A stretch of 25,914 bases of DNA from Elusimicrobiota bacterium. Its GTDB lineage: Bacteria; Elusimicrobiota; Elusimicrobia; F11. The stretch is from contig JBJXGI010000087.1 of assembly GCA_046153645.1 (NCBI GenBank), forward strand, positions 1 through 25,914, in the 5' to 3' direction. The translations under genes and the position numbers were made by a program. The notes below the pieces were generated by a model. The model ran no database searches. It was given only the letters and a program-made list of their open reading frames with translations, and had not been told where the DNA came from. Of the stretch, positions 24,020 through 25,914 are shown piece by piece (positions within the stretch are counted from its first letter, which is position 1; each line of letters begins with the position of its first letter).

Positions 24020-25189
24020 CTACCACTTGAGTTTAGAAATTCGTTGGATGGCTTCGGCAAGACGGCTTTCTTCCACCGTTAGGGCGAAGCGAACATAACC
24101 TTCGCCGGAAGGGCCAAAGCCATTGCCAGGCGTGCACATCACGTGGGCTTCTTCTAAAATTTTGGTCACCACTTGCATAGACGAATACCCTTTCGGATTT
24201 TTGGCCCACACATAAAAAGTGGCTTCTGGTGTATTTAAATCCCAACCAATCTTTTTGAGTGCAGGAACAAACACATCTCGGCGGCCTTTATACATTTGCC
24301 TCATTTCTTCAACGCAAGTTTGGGGACCCGTGAGGGCTGCGATGCCAGCGGCTTGAACCACTTCAAAAGCACCGGAATCGTAATTATCTTTTACTGTTCC
24401 CAATTGTTTAACAACGTCTTTATTGCCACAAACCCAACCGATTCTCCAACCGGTCATGTTGTAAGTTTTTGAAAGTGAATGAAATTCAATACCCACGTCT
24501 TTAGCACCAGGAGTTGAAAGAAAGCTAATCGGCGGTTTTCCATAGTACATTTCGGAATAGGCATTATCATGGGCGATCACAATTGAATATTTCTTGGCAA
24601 ATTCTACAACTTGAGAAAAAAATTCTTCAGTTACACTCGCAGAAGTTGGATTGTTGGGATATCCAAGAAACATGAGACTGGCTCTCTCCAAAACATCCAT
24701 CGGAATGGCGCCTAAATCGGGGAGAAAATGATTTTCAGCTAAAAGCGGCATGTAATAAACTTCTCCGCCAGCCAAAATAGTTGAGCCTTGATAAACCGGA
24801 TAACCAGGATCTGGCACCAATACAATTTCGTTGGGATCAATGATTGCCAAAGGAAGGTGACCAATTCCTTCTTTTGATCCAATCAAACTATAAACCTCTG
24901 TCGTAGGATCGACATCCACTTGAAAGCGTTTTTTCATGAAACTTGATACCGCATTTCTAAAATCGGAAAGACCTGAACCAAAGGGATACTTATGATGGGA
25001 AGGGTTATCCAGCGCTTTTTTGGCAGCCTCAATAATATGGGAAGGTGTGGGTTTATCCGGGTCTCCCACGCCCAATGAAATAAGGTCAACACCTGTTGCC
25101 ATAACGGCTTTTTTCTTCCGATCTAATTCCGCAAACAAATAAGGTGGTAATTTCTGTAACCGTTGGTTAAGTGATGAACGAACCTGCAT
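24020..25189 (-). CDS. dapL: LL-diaminopimelate aminotransferase
   Basis: LPPYLFA, GVGDPD, GSKEGI, YPNNPT, and PLP-Lys motif SLSKTYNMTGWRIG. Lies directly downstream of dapB. Confidence 0.85.
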   Translation of the reverse strand: MQVRSSLNQRLQKLPPYLFAELDRKKKAVMATGVDLISLGVGDPDKPTPSHIIEAAKKALDNPSHHKYPFGSGLSDFRNAVSSFMKKRFQVDVDPTTEVYSLIGSKEGIGHLPLAIIDPNEIVLVPDPGYPVYQGSTILAGGEVYYMPLLAENHFLPDLGAIPMDVLERASLMFLGYPNNPTSASVTEEFFSQVVEFAKKYSIVIAHDNAYSEMYYGKPPISFLSTPGAKDVGIEFHSLSKTYNMTGWRIGWVCGNKDVVKQLGTVKDNYDSGAFEVVQAAGIAALTGPQTCVEEMRQMYKGRRDVFVPALKKIGWDLNTPEATFYVWAKNPKGYSSMQVVTKILEEAHVMCTPGNGFGPSGEGYVRFALTVEESRLAEAIQRISKLKW

Positions 25190-25204
25190 ACAATCTCCTT
25201 AAAT

Positions 25205-25914
25205 TTAAATTCCTAAAACATCTTGCATAGAATAAAAACCTGGCTTTTTTGATGATAACCACGCAGCCGCATCAAGGGCCCCCGCTGCGAAAGCGTCTCT
25301 TGAATGAGCGCGGTGAGTAAGTTCCAAGCGTTCTCCAGCACCAGCCAGAAGGACAGTGTGGTCTCCCACAATATCGCCAGCTCTTAGCGCTAAAATTCCA
25401 ACCTCTTTTTTGGGACGCGCGCCTATCAACCCTTCTCTTCCGTAACAAAAATCTTTTTCAGAACGATGAGCACCTTCTTTCACAGATTGAGCCAATCGCA
25501 TCGCGCTGCCTGAAGGGGCGTCTTTTTTTAGATTGTGATGGGCTTCAACAATCTCAATATCGTAATGAGCAAGTGCTTTGGAGGCGTCTTTCACTAGTTT
25601 AAAAAGCAAATTCATTCCTACACTCATATTCGGTGAAAAAACGATTGGTATTTTCTTAGAAAAACCTTTTAGTTTATTGAGAGCATTTGAAGTAAAACCA
25701 GTCGTTCCAACAACCAAAGCTTTTTTTTCTTGCGCAGCTTTAGCCGCCAATTTCAAAGTCGCTTCAGGATTTGTGAAATCAATAGCCACGTCCGTATCAT
25801 TTAAATGATCAGCGAGGTCATGAATGCAGCTGAAGGACGCTGGAGTTGATAGCGAGAGCGGTTCAAGCTTTCGATCACTTCCGTAAAGCACCTCAAACCG
25901 TGAGTCTTTTAATG
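25205..25914 (-). CDS. dapB: 4-hydroxy-tetrahydrodipicolinate reductase (5' end beyond the window)
   Basis: IDFT, VVGTTG, SPNMSVG, EAHH..KKDAPSGSA and RAGDIVGDH. The frame stays open to the window edge. Confidence 0.95.
   Translation of the reverse strand, partial: LKDSRFEVLYGSDRKLEPLSLSTPASFSCIHDLADHLNDTDVAIDFTNPEATLKLAAKAAQEKKALVVGTTGFTSNALNKLKGFSKKIPIVFSPNMSVGMNLLFKLVKDASKALAHYDIEIVEAHHNLKKDAPSGSAMRLAQSVKEGAHRSEKDFCYGREGLIGARPKKEVGILALRAGDIVGDHTVLLAGAGERLELTHRAHSRDAFAAGALDAAAWLSSKKPGFYSMQDVLGI

Overview
Bacterial chromosomal window. The giant-protein style suggests Elusimicrobiota or a related lineage, but that is inference only. Bases 1-~2600 are visibly more GC-rich and look like the end of an integrated element: a DUF6088/AbiEii-type toxin-antitoxin pair, an SRAP gene, and six TGGCATACA repeats resembling integrase arm sites, abutting the 3' end of a ferredoxin gene. 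The rest is AT-rich and mostly housekeeping: mscS, lpdA, a hypothetical gene, an AAA_14/DUF4143 ATPase, lipA-gcvT-gcvH-gcvPA-gcvPB-lipM-like, mgtE, mazG, queF, and convergent dapL and dapB. A DUF4160/DUF2442 pair and two small palindromic elements are inserted in this cluster. The standout is a 2469-aa ORF (7194-14603, minus strand). It has a Sec-type signal peptide, a TraB/Tiki/EreA-ChaN-like N-terminal domain, and three divergent sigma-70-like modules (region 1.2, NCR, region 2, region 4; no region 3). Each sigma module is bracketed by copies of a ~126-aa membrane repeat carrying EExxR, (F/Y)xxxH and HxxxN motifs like those of CPBP/PrsW-clan intramembrane proteases. This is a candidate self-processing sigma-factor polyprotein.
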